A stretch of 39,057 nt of DNA from Alphaproteobacteria bacterium. Lineage in GTDB: Bacteria; Pseudomonadota; Alphaproteobacteria; Rs-D84. Positions 1 to 7,942 of this stretch are shown in pieces. Under the pieces are notes generated by a model. The model worked only from the letters and a program-made list of their open reading frames with translations. It was not told the origin of the DNA and searched no databases. Location: contig JAIDLK010000059.1 of NCBI GenBank assembly GCA_029051085.1, forward strand, positions 1-39,057. Direction: 5' to 3'. The position numbers were made by a program, and so were the translations under genes. How positions within the stretch are numbered: position 1 is the stretch's first letter; each line of letters opens with the position of its first letter.

Positions 1-19
1 TTGCCGGCCTTTTTATTAA

Positions 20-214
20 ATATATTTCGGCAGTGCAATAAAGTCCGCACGTCACCGTAATAACATATCGGCACTTAGTATGTCGCGACTGTTGGGCGTG
101 GATACGGCAACATTGCACATGTATGAAAGCGGTAACGATTTAATACCGCGCGGTGTTCTGCGGCAGGTATTTACACTGGCGGTGATGGCGCATGCGGCAA
201 CGGAAAACAACTAA
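20..214 (+). pseudogene. XRE-type helix-turn-helix ORF lacking a canonical start codon (possible remnant)
   Basis: The frame is open from the TAA at 17-19 to the TAA at 212-214. It reads GSAIKSARHRNNISALSMSRLLGVDTATLHMYESGNDLIP, a typical XRE HTH pattern. There is no ATG, GTG or TTG between 20 and 79, and the first ATG (80) would remove helix 1. Confidence 0.3.
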
Positions 215-240
215 AAACACCGGCAAATGCCGGTGTTTTT
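213..240. terminator. Bidirectional intrinsic terminator, copy 1 of an identical 28-mer
   Basis: The sequence is AAAAACACCGGCAAATGCCGGTGTTTTT: an A5 tract, a GC-rich stem CACCGGC/GCCGGTG and a T5 tract. It lies between convergent ORF ends at 214 and 275. Confidence 0.75.
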
Positions 241-274
241 ATTCAAACAATCACTATAACTCAACAGACTGTTA

Positions 275-694
275 TTATTTAACAGTTGTTGTTGCATTAC
301 GATTCCATTTCCATACGGATTCGCCGCTGCCCTGAACCAACGGACGTTCCTTGCCATAGGAAATTGTGGAAATACGTTTTGCATCGATGCCGTCTTTGAC
401 GATGACTTCCTTAGCGGCGTTTGCACGACGTGCACCCAATGCCAAGTTGTAGTCTGTGGAACCACGTTCGTCGCAGTTACCGGCAATCTGAATCTTAACA
501 TCACCATGATTCTTCATGTACAGAGCCTGACCCAGCAGGTTGTTTTTCGCTTCTTCGGAAATTTCCGAGGAATTGAACGCAAAGAATACACGCTGATCAT
601 TCAAATCGGCCGGTTCTGTGATTTTAGAAGAACCACCGCAAGCAGCCAACAAGCCTGCAACGCCCGCCAGCATAGCAAAGTTTTTAATTTTCAT
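275..694 (-). CDS. pal: Peptidoglycan-associated lipoprotein Pal (OmpA-like domain)
   Basis: The N-terminus has a signal peptide with lipobox LLAAC. The OmpA-family motif NCDERGSTDYNLALGARRANA is present. The size is 139 aa. Confidence 0.9.
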   Translation of the reverse strand: MKIKNFAMLAGVAGLLAACGGSSKITEPADLNDQRVFFAFNSSEISEEAKNNLLGQALYMKNHGDVKIQIAGNCDERGSTDYNLALGARRANAAKEVIVKDGIDAKRISTISYGKERPLVQGSGESVWKWNRNATTTVK

Positions 695-769
695 GAAAAT
701 ACTCCCTTGAGTTTCTGTTGCTCGTGGTTTAGTCTATAATAAAACATTCGAAAAATCAAGGAAAAACAC

Positions 770-1573
770 ATGTACAACGATGCCTTGCGTGATTTGGATT
801 TGGCAGGAGTACGATGGGAAATCACTGAATTACCCACCGCCACGGCGGCGGCCTTGGCCGCGGCAGAGCGCGAAGCGGCGGCAAATGCACCAACAGGCCC
901 GACAACCGCCGCAGATGATATTCAGATTCCGGACAGTGCACGAACCCCGGTTTATTCATCCGGGCCTGTGGTTGTTCCGCGCATTGCGCCAATATCTGTT
1001 GAGACAGCTGCCGCGGCGGCCGCACGACCGACAGATACGGATGCAATGCTGCGTATGATATCAGAGTTTAACCATCCGCTGCGCGCAATGGCACACAACA
1101 CCGTTTTGCCGCATGTGGCGCCGAATTCAAACGGATTACTGATTATAACGGATATTCCGGGCGCAGATGATGACGCCGCGGGCAAGATTCTGACCGGCGG
1201 AGCAGGGGATTTACTGGATAAAATGATTGCCGCAATCGGAATGTCACGCGACAATGTATCCATTATGCCTGTGCTGTTCTGGCGAACACCGGGGGGCAGG
1301 GCACCAACACGCGGAGAGCTTGATTTGGCACGACCGTTTGTAAATCGAATGATAGAGCTGATAAAACCGCGTGTTATAATAACTATGGGTACATTGGCGG
1401 CAACGGAAATAGCACATGTTGATTTGGCAAAGAATCATGGTATCGCCCAGGAAATTGACGGCCGCATTGTTATGCCGATATTCCATCCGAATTATCTGCT
1501 GTTGAAACCGGCGGCAAAACGCGACGCGTGGAACGCACTGCAGGCCGTTCAAAATATGTTGAAAAGTGCCTAA
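770..1573 (+). CDS. Uracil-DNA glycosylase superfamily protein (family-4-like) with an Ala/Pro-rich N-terminal extension
   Basis: The C-terminal half reads LLIITDIPGADDD...GGAGDLLDKMIAAIG...WRTPGGRAP...HPNYLL, which matches the UDG-fold motif layout. The canonical GEAPG box is replaced by TDIPG. AAGGA lies upstream of the ATG. Confidence 0.7.
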   Translation: MYNDALRDLDLAGVRWEITELPTATAAALAAAEREAAANAPTGPTTAADDIQIPDSARTPVYSSGPVVVPRIAPISVETAAAAAARPTDTDAMLRMISEFNHPLRAMAHNTVLPHVAPNSNGLLIITDIPGADDDAAGKILTGGAGDLLDKMIAAIGMSRDNVSIMPVLFWRTPGGRAPTRGELDLARPFVNRMIELIKPRVIITMGTLAATEIAHVDLAKNHGIAQEIDGRIVMPIFHPNYLLLKPAAKRDAWNALQAVQNMLKSA

Positions 1574-1616
1574 AAATAAATAATAATCTTAGATGTATCA
1601 ATAAAAGGAGCATACC

Positions 1617-2171
1617 ATTAGACCACCATTTAACCGTGATGCGCGCCGCGATATGGGCCCGCGTATGAATAATCGGATTTTTGCAAAATCAGTTCAGGTA
1701 ATCAGTGATTCCGGCCAAAACCTTGGTGTTATGCCAACGGCCCAGGCATTGGCCATGGCGGCGGATGCCGGAATGGATTTGGTTGAAATCAATGCCAATA
1801 ATACTCCGCCGATTGTAAAAATCATGGATTATGGCAAATTTAAATACGACCAGAAAAAGCGTGCGAACGAGGCCCGTAAAAACCAGAAAACGGTTGAAAT
1901 GAAGGAAGTATGGGTAAAGCCTTTTATCGAAGAAAATGATTTGAATATCAAAATGAAAAAGGTTTTTGAATTCCTGGACGGTGGAAACAAGGTAAAAATA
2001 GCCGTTATGACGCGCGGTTCAAAAAAAGTATTGGCACGCGGCAAGGATGCGGTACCGGAACTATTTGCACGTATACTGGAAATCATTGGTGAACGCGGTA
2101 CACTGGAAAGCAAATCAAAGCCGGATGAACGCACAAAATCAATAATTGTTGCACCGAGCAAAGCAAAATAA
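1617..2171 (+). CDS. infC: Translation initiation factor IF-3, ATT start codon
   Basis: The body matches IF-3 (VQVISDSGQNLGVM..., KVKIAVMTRG). An in-frame ATT at 1617 lies 6 nt after AAGGAG and restores the usual (M)RPPFNRD N-terminus. The ORF track starts at the internal ATG at 1653. Confidence 0.85.
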   Translation: MRPPFNRDARRDMGPRMNNRIFAKSVQVISDSGQNLGVMPTAQALAMAADAGMDLVEINANNTPPIVKIMDYGKFKYDQKKRANEARKNQKTVEMKEVWVKPFIEENDLNIKMKKVFEFLDGGNKVKIAVMTRGSKKVLARGKDAVPELFARILEIIGERGTLESKSKPDERTKSIIVAPSKAK

Positions 2172-2172
2172 G

Positions 2173-2197
2173 AAAAACGCCCGAACGGGCGTTTTTT
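2173..2197. terminator. Bidirectional intrinsic terminator shared by infC and the radical-SAM operon
   Basis: The sequence AAAAACGCCCGAACGGGCGTTTTTT lies between convergent genes. The radical-SAM stop codon abuts it. Confidence 0.8.
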
Positions 2198-3176
2198 ATC
2201 GCTGGTTGAAGCGCCAGCCCTCAAGCAGGCGTGCACGAGTCTCTTCATGCCAGGCGGCCTTTATCAAATCGGCACGAGTATGTATCAAAGACTTTGGTCC
2301 AAGCATCGTTTTCCATTTGGTGGAAATTTTACGACCCGAATTTTCGCCAAGAGTCACACGGCCCGCACTGTCAAATGCAACCAGTACCCCACTTTCACAT
2401 ATAAATTTAAACTGTGGAAATTCCGTTTCCTTTGCCCAATCCATATTTTGTGCACGACCACTGTTAAACAGGGCGCCTTTTGATTGAGTCAATAACAACT
2501 TACCACCGACAAGAACCGCAGGCCGCATATTTTCCGGAGTGCCAATCCATACTTCTTCTGCTGATACTTTCTCTGATTTTATGCGCTCAATCAATGCGGG
2601 AAACATATCAACATGATTTTCAAAACCGGTGGTATTAACCTGAATCTGTCGGTCGGCCAGACCGGCTATAAGCCGCGCGTTATTTTCCAGCGCGTCTTTA
2701 TGATACCGGTCCAGCGACAGTGATAGGTGCAGTGCATAGGGTTTGTGATTGACAGAAATAGTATTTAAGTCAGATAAAATCCGGGGAGCAAGTTCACCAC
2801 GAATCCAAGCCGCGTTGGTCTTTATATCGGTACCGATGCCCAAATCCAAACTTTTATTAAGCAATGCAGGAACATAGTCGGTCATCCCAACACGGTATGC
2901 CGACGTAATTTCACCACCCGTAAACACAACATTATTTGAAAATGCGGAATCGGCCTTTGCCTGCTTCAAATAATTGAAAATTATATCGGTCGGTATAAAC
3001 GTCCGCGGATTGTGCGGGCCTGAATTTTCGCAACAATGCGGACATTGCAAATCACAATAATTTGTTGTCTTAAACACCAACACATACTGCGTATGACGGA
3101 GTATATTCCCCACAGGAAAATGACGATCACGCCAGTTTAAATATTTATGCATAATTGACATTGGTATAAAATTCAT
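2196..3176 (-). CDS. Radical SAM enzyme of unknown specificity (no SPASM-type C-terminal Cys cluster)
   Basis: The CDLQCPHC (CX3CX2C) motif is at aa 41-48 (nt 3033-3056). VVFTGGEI is a GGE-like motif. AAGGTAG precedes the ATG at 3176. Confidence 0.8.
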   Translation of the reverse strand: MNFIPMSIMHKYLNWRDRHFPVGNILRHTQYVLVFKTTNYCDLQCPHCCENSGPHNPRTFIPTDIIFNYLKQAKADSAFSNNVVFTGGEITSAYRVGMTDYVPALLNKSLDLGIGTDIKTNAAWIRGELAPRILSDLNTISVNHKPYALHLSLSLDRYHKDALENNARLIAGLADRQIQVNTTGFENHVDMFPALIERIKSEKVSAEEVWIGTPENMRPAVLVGGKLLLTQSKGALFNSGRAQNMDWAKETEFPQFKFICESGVLVAFDSAGRVTLGENSGRKISTKWKTMLGPKSLIHTRADLIKAAWHEETRARLLEGWRFNQR

Positions 3177-3205
3177 GTGCTACCTTTTTTGGCAAAAGAT
3201 AGCAC
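3177..3205 (-). promoter_or_regulatory. Intra-operon hairpin covering the Shine-Dalgarno of the radical-SAM gene
   Basis: GTGCTACCTTTTTTGGCAAAAGATAGCAC forms 11 bp with one mismatch. It ends 1 nt from the ATG, and the AAGG SD lies in its 3' arm on the mRNA. No U-tract follows it. Confidence 0.35.
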
Positions 3206-3232
3206 AAAATTTATTTATGTCAATTTTTTGTT

Positions 3233-4450
3233 TTACTCGTAGCGCAGGCTGTCAATCGGGTTCAGCTTCGCCGCCTTTAGCGCGGGCATAACACCGGATG
3301 CAAGCCCCACGATTACGGCAACAGATACGGACAACAATACAGGCCACGCCGAAAAAGGCACGTTATAGCCCAAGATAAAGCGCCCGACGCCCTGGGACAG
3401 GCCGACACCCAACAACAATCCGGCCATGGAACCGATAAATGATATGAAGATGGATTCAGACAAAAACTGGGTTATAATCTGGCCTTCGCGGGCACCGATG
3501 GCTTTACGAACACCGATTTCACGCGTACGTTCGGCCACGGATACCAGCATCATGTTCATAATGCCAATCGACCCCACCAACAGAGACACCGCCGCAATCG
3601 CAATTAGCAGCATTTTCATATACCCTGTAACCGTACTCATGGTTTCCATTACCTGTTTCATATCCATTATTTGGAAATCGTCGGCTGCATCGTCTTTAAG
3701 CTTGTGACGATCACGGAGCAGGGCGGTTATCTGGTTTGTAACAATAGTATTGTCCGCATCGGGATACAGTTTCAGCGCAATCATACTGACCGCATTTGGA
3801 AAGCGGCTGCCCTGGACGCGCTTTTTCAACGTTGTAATCGGAACAATCAGCATATCGTCCTGGGACCCCATGGCAGAATCACCCTTGGCCTTGGTTACAC
3901 CGATAATTACAAAAGGAGTATTCTGAACGCGAATTACCTGACCGATTGGGTCATCAGGCATTTCCAGTTCTTTGGCCGTTGTGGGGCCGATTACGGCATA
4001 CGTAGAGGCATTACGAACCGCCGCCTGGTCAAAAAAAGTTCCCTTTTCAATTTCAATGTTTTGAACGGTTGTATAATCGGGATATGCACCGACCAGCGAT
4101 GCCGCCCAGTTTTTGTTACCGTAAACCAATTGGGCCGCACTTTGCTGAACCGGGGTCACCGCCATAACATCGGGCAGTTTTCCGATAAATTCCGCATCGT
4201 CAATCGTCAATGTCTGGCGATTACCGGTACGAACACCACCTGTCTGGGCCGCACCGGCACGAATCATAATGGTATTCGTCCCAAGGGCGGAGAACTGGTC
4301 CGTTATTTGCTTTTCAACCGTTTCACCCACGGCAACCATGATAACAACCGCCATAACACCGATTACAATACCCAGCACCGTCAAAAACGAGCGCATTTTA
4401 TTTCCCGACACCGACAGCCACGATTCCTTTAAAATATCGTTAAATGTCAT
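3233..4450 (-). CDS. MacB/FtsX-type ABC transporter permease with a periplasmic domain
   Basis: An N-terminal TM is followed by a large extracytoplasmic domain and a C-terminal FtsX-like 3-TM block (RTREIGVRKAIGA). An ATGA overlap joins it to the upstream ATPase. Confidence 0.85.
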   Translation of the reverse strand: MTFNDILKESWLSVSGNKMRSFLTVLGIVIGVMAVVIMVAVGETVEKQITDQFSALGTNTIMIRAGAAQTGGVRTGNRQTLTIDDAEFIGKLPDVMAVTPVQQSAAQLVYGNKNWAASLVGAYPDYTTVQNIEIEKGTFFDQAAVRNASTYAVIGPTTAKELEMPDDPIGQVIRVQNTPFVIIGVTKAKGDSAMGSQDDMLIVPITTLKKRVQGSRFPNAVSMIALKLYPDADNTIVTNQITALLRDRHKLKDDAADDFQIMDMKQVMETMSTVTGYMKMLLIAIAAVSLLVGSIGIMNMMLVSVAERTREIGVRKAIGAREGQIITQFLSESIFISFIGSMAGLLLGVGLSQGVGRFILGYNVPFSAWPVLLSVSVAVIVGLASGVMPALKAAKLNPIDSLRYE

Positions 4451-5232
4451 TTCTTGCGTCCTTTGGCTTCCGATTTTATCAATTCCGCTTCCGTTTTCGG
4501 GACCGGCCCGTCATAGTTTATATGACCGTCCCGGATATGAATTAAACGGTCGGCATATTTTGCAATATCAAATTCATGGGTAATCATTACGATTGTTATT
4601 CCCAAATCCTTGTTTAATTGCTTAAAGAACTTTAAAATTTCATTACCCATTTTACTGTCAAGGGCACCGGTCGGCTCGTCCGCCAGAATCAGCTTCGGAT
4701 CACCCGCCAATGCACGTGCAATGGCAACACGCTGTTTCATACCCCCCGAAAGCTGGGTCGGCAGATAGCTTTCGAATTTTTCCAGCCCAACACGACGCAA
4801 CATTTCGCGCGCGCGACGCACGCGCTCGGCCATGGGCAGACCGCGATACATCAACGGCAGCATAACATTATCGATAACAGTGCGCTTTGACAGCAGATTA
4901 AACTGCTGAAAAACGAAACCGATGTATTCATTACGAATAACGGCCAATTCGTCCGGTTTCAGATTTGTAATATTTCGGCCATACAACTCATACGTTCCCG
5001 TAGAGGGCGTATCCAACGCGCCGATTATATTCATGCACGTCGATTTACCAGACCCCGACGGCCCCATAATCGCAACAAACTCACCGGCATGAACTTTAAA
5101 GTTTATGTCAAAGAGAACCTGCTGTTCGCCACCGATTTCCAGAGGAAAGCTTTTTGTTATATCTTTGAGAGATATTATTATCTCCGGCTTGCTGCCGGCT
5201 GCGTGTGATTTTTTCATTTTATAAGCCCCCAT
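4447..5232 (-). CDS. ABC transporter ATP-binding protein (MacB/LolD class)
   Basis: It carries Walker A GPSGSGKST, signature LSGGMKQR and Walker B LILADEPT. An alternative start at 5217 (MKKSH) sits behind GGGGG. Confidence 0.9.
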   Translation of the reverse strand: MGAYKMKKSHAAGSKPEIIISLKDITKSFPLEIGGEQQVLFDINFKVHAGEFVAIMGPSGSGKSTCMNIIGALDTPSTGTYELYGRNITNLKPDELAVIRNEYIGFVFQQFNLLSKRTVIDNVMLPLMYRGLPMAERVRRAREMLRRVGLEKFESYLPTQLSGGMKQRVAIARALAGDPKLILADEPTGALDSKMGNEILKFFKQLNKDLGITIVMITHEFDIAKYADRLIHIRDGHINYDGPVPKTEAELIKSEAKGRKK

Positions 5233-6407
5233 TACATCGGGCCGCCGGGACCGCCGCGACGCTGCTGTTTATTGCCGCTTGTATTTGAGGTCTGACCTGT
5301 CTTGCCTACAACGACACGGTCACCGGCAACAATTCCATCAGATATAATTTCCGTCTCTGTTGCGGTTACCAGCCCCTTTTCATAAGGAACCAGGCTGATT
5401 TCATCACCACGCTTTATCGCCAGATGTGTTTTCGGGGTCGCTTCACCGGCATTTTCAACAATGCCTTCAAACGAACGCAGTAAAAGAGCCGCATTCTGTA
5501 CCTTCCATATATCATTCTTTTCGGAAACGATGATTGTTACAAATGCGGTCATACCAGGCATTAAGCGCAAATCAGTGTTATCAACATCAATTACAACGGT
5601 ATAAACAACAACGTTTGATGTTGTTGTAGGCGACAGACGAATCTGGCGAACAACACCCTCGAATGTCTGGGTCGGATACGCATCAACGGTAAATGTTACC
5701 GCCTGGCCTTCTTTGATAACGCCGATATCGGCCTCGGATACGGATGTTTCAATCTGCATACGTGTCAGGTCTTCGGCAATTTCGAACAAATCCGGGGTCT
5801 GGAAAGAGGCGGCAACAGTCTGCCCCTTGTCAACTTTGCGGGAAATAACAGTTCCGTCAACGGGCGATGTAATCGTTGCATAGCCCAGATTTGTTACCGC
5901 ACGCTCATACTGGGACTGCATACGTGCAACAGACTGTTCGGCCTGTTCGTATGCGGTCTGGGACTGTTCCATTTCAGCACGTGCGATATATCCGTCGTTA
6001 TAAAGTGTTTTGTTACGTGTATATTCGCTTTTTGCATAGTTACGCTGTGATTCCGCGGATATAAGGGCGGCCTTGGCCTCATCTACGGATGCCTGCAGAA
6101 CAGACGGTTCGATTGTCAGCAGTAAATCACCCTTTTTAACCTTGGAGTTATAATCGACATACAGCGCATCAATCGTCCCCGATACCTGGGAGCCGACACT
6201 GACGGTGTTTACGGGCTGAATCTCGCCGGTGGCGGATACAACCTGGCGCAGGTTACCACGCCCGATTTGCAATGTTACAAACTCAGACTTTTTAGACCCG
6301 CCGCGACCAAATATCAGCATCAGTACGACAACTACGGCGGCCAGAATCAAAAACCACCATTTTTTGCGCCAAATCCACTTAAAAACAGATTTAATTTTGT
6401 TTTTCAT
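5232..6407 (-). CDS. HlyD/MacA-family periplasmic adaptor (membrane fusion protein)
   Basis: The layout is an N-terminal TM, a coiled-coil hairpin region, then barrel-sandwich and beta-barrel segments. It overlaps both neighbouring genes. Confidence 0.85.
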   Translation of the reverse strand: MKNKIKSVFKWIWRKKWWFLILAAVVVVLMLIFGRGGSKKSEFVTLQIGRGNLRQVVSATGEIQPVNTVSVGSQVSGTIDALYVDYNSKVKKGDLLLTIEPSVLQASVDEAKAALISAESQRNYAKSEYTRNKTLYNDGYIARAEMEQSQTAYEQAEQSVARMQSQYERAVTNLGYATITSPVDGTVISRKVDKGQTVAASFQTPDLFEIAEDLTRMQIETSVSEADIGVIKEGQAVTFTVDAYPTQTFEGVVRQIRLSPTTTSNVVVYTVVIDVDNTDLRLMPGMTAFVTIIVSEKNDIWKVQNAALLLRSFEGIVENAGEATPKTHLAIKRGDEISLVPYEKGLVTATETEIISDGIVAGDRVVVGKTGQTSNTSGNKQQRRGGPGGPM

Positions 6408-7731
6408 TGTTTTTCTCCCTCTCTTTATCCAGTTCGGCCTTTATATCACCGATTGCCAATGCAACCGCAGCGCGTGATGTAAACAGGTCATATTTCGCGG
6501 CATTATGCTGTTTCTGTGCATCAACCAGTTCTGACTGAGCGGTTTGCCAGTCAAGCATGGTGGCACGACCAACCTTGTACATTCCGGCGGTAACCTTTTC
6601 GCTTTCTGTCGCCGATTCCAGCAGTGTTTTTGTCTGGGTCAGCACTTTTTGCGCCGTTTTATAATTCTGATATGCGGTAAATATATCCAAAATCGCATTA
6701 TCTGCGGCGGCGCGCTCGGCTTCTTTTGCACGGTCATAGTTGGCTTCGGCACTGCGTACACCGTAATAGTTTGCAAATCCTGCAAATATCGGCATTGATG
6801 CGCGTATACCGACACTGCCCGTGACCTTATAGCTGTCGTTGGCGAACGAATTCCATTCCGTGTCATTCCAGCTAAGCGTTCCGGTGGCCGAAATACTCGG
6901 CAGATTTTTTAAGAACGCGCTGTTGCGGCGATGCCATGCGGCATCCTTGTTCGCGGTTGCACGCAACAGGTCGGGTCGTGATTTACGCGCAGCCTCTATC
7001 AGTTCATCAACCGTCTTGTTTTCCGTATCACGACCAAATTCAGACGGCATGTCCATAATTTCTATGTTCTGGTCCGCCGGAAAAGACAGGCGTGACAACA
7101 GATTCCCCTTGGCAATTTCACGGTTGTTTTTTGCACGTTCCAGCGCAACATCACGACTGGCCAGCGTTGTATCAGCCTTTAGCACATCGGCCTTGGCGAC
7201 CGAGCCCGCCTTGTATTTCTTTTGCGCCATGTCGCGGGCGCTTTGTGCAACCTCACGCAGTTTTTCCGCTGATATAACGTCTGCATCCGCGTTTAACAAT
7301 GCATAATATGCACCGATGACACCATATACATAGTTCTGGACGCTTTCGTCATAATCAAAGCCGGTTGCACGCCATGTGGCCGCCAATGTATTCAAATCGG
7401 CCAAACGTTTGCCAAAATCGAATATCAGATACGAAGCGGACAACGACGCCCCGTAATTCCAATCCCCCCAGTCTTTGTTTCTGTAATCGATGCCTGCACT
7501 GACCCCGCCGTTTACACTTGGCAGATAGTTTGCATAGCCCGCATTTTTTGCAAAGCGCGCCGATTCGGCCGCCAGATATGCGGATGTGGTCTGTGGATTA
7601 CGACACAGCCCCAATTCTATAACCTCTTGCAGGGACATCGGGCCGTCCGGCACCGTTTGGCGGTTCAAACAATCGTTTGCAGCCCACGCCGAAAAAGGCA
7701 TTACGCATGCCAATAAAAATATCTTTTTCAT
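6391..7731 (-). CDS. TolC-family outer-membrane efflux protein
   Basis: Two OEP-type repeats are visible. The signal peptide MKKIFLLACVMPFSAWA starts at 7731. The longer ORF to 7782 lacks an RBS, whereas AGGAAGAGAG precedes 7731. Confidence 0.85.
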   Translation of the reverse strand: MKKIFLLACVMPFSAWAANDCLNRQTVPDGPMSLQEVIELGLCRNPQTTSAYLAAESARFAKNAGYANYLPSVNGGVSAGIDYRNKDWGDWNYGASLSASYLIFDFGKRLADLNTLAATWRATGFDYDESVQNYVYGVIGAYYALLNADADVISAEKLREVAQSARDMAQKKYKAGSVAKADVLKADTTLASRDVALERAKNNREIAKGNLLSRLSFPADQNIEIMDMPSEFGRDTENKTVDELIEAARKSRPDLLRATANKDAAWHRRNSAFLKNLPSISATGTLSWNDTEWNSFANDSYKVTGSVGIRASMPIFAGFANYYGVRSAEANYDRAKEAERAAADNAILDIFTAYQNYKTAQKVLTQTKTLLESATESEKVTAGMYKVGRATMLDWQTAQSELVDAQKQHNAAKYDLFTSRAAVALAIGDIKAELDKEREKNNEKQN

Positions 7732-7756
7732 GTAATTGACTCTCTTCCTGGATGGC

Positions 7757-7765
7757 ATTATATCA
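7757..7765 (-). promoter_or_regulatory. Extended -10 box TGATATAAT upstream of the efflux operon
   Basis: The reverse complement of ATTATATCA is TGATATAAT. It lies 25 nt upstream of the ATG at 7731, with the SD in between. Confidence 0.4.
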
Positions 7766-7832
7766 CAAAATGATAAAATCACGAAATTTTATGTTGAATT
7801 AGAATTTTTTTTTGCCTAGTATGGTGGCACGT

Positions 7833-7906
7833 GGCCTGGTGGCAGAGTGGTTATGCAGAGGACTGCAAATCCTTGTATGCCGGTTCGATTCCGACCCAGG
7901 CCTCCA
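7833..7906 (+). tRNA. tRNA-Cys (GCA)
   Basis: The acceptor stem is GGCCTGG/CCAGGCC and the anticodon loop is CTGCAAA. CCA is encoded. The D and anticodon arms closely resemble E. coli tRNA-Cys as I recall it. The T stem has one mismatch. Confidence 0.85.
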
Positions 7907-7911
7907 AAAAT

Positions 7912-7942
7912 AAAAAAACACCGGGAAAACCCGGTGTTTTTT
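7912..7942. terminator. Bidirectional terminator, a variant of the recurrent palindrome
   Basis: AAAAAAACACCGGGAAAACCCGGTGTTTTTT lies between tRNA-Cys and the accC 3' end. Confidence 0.75.

Noticed and set aside
3671-4432. A 253-aa ORF on the plus strand, antisense to the MacB-type permease. Similar long antisense ORFs occur at 8145-8582, 12218-12664, 16076-16624, 28468-28935, 28965-29471, 35591-36172, 37745-38260 and 38077-38784.
   Set aside because: Each lies entirely inside, or across, a CDS on the other strand that has clear family motifs. Their translations are low-complexity (Arg/His/Pro/Cys-rich) with no recognisable motif or RBS. They are typical shadow ORFs of moderately GC-rich coding DNA.
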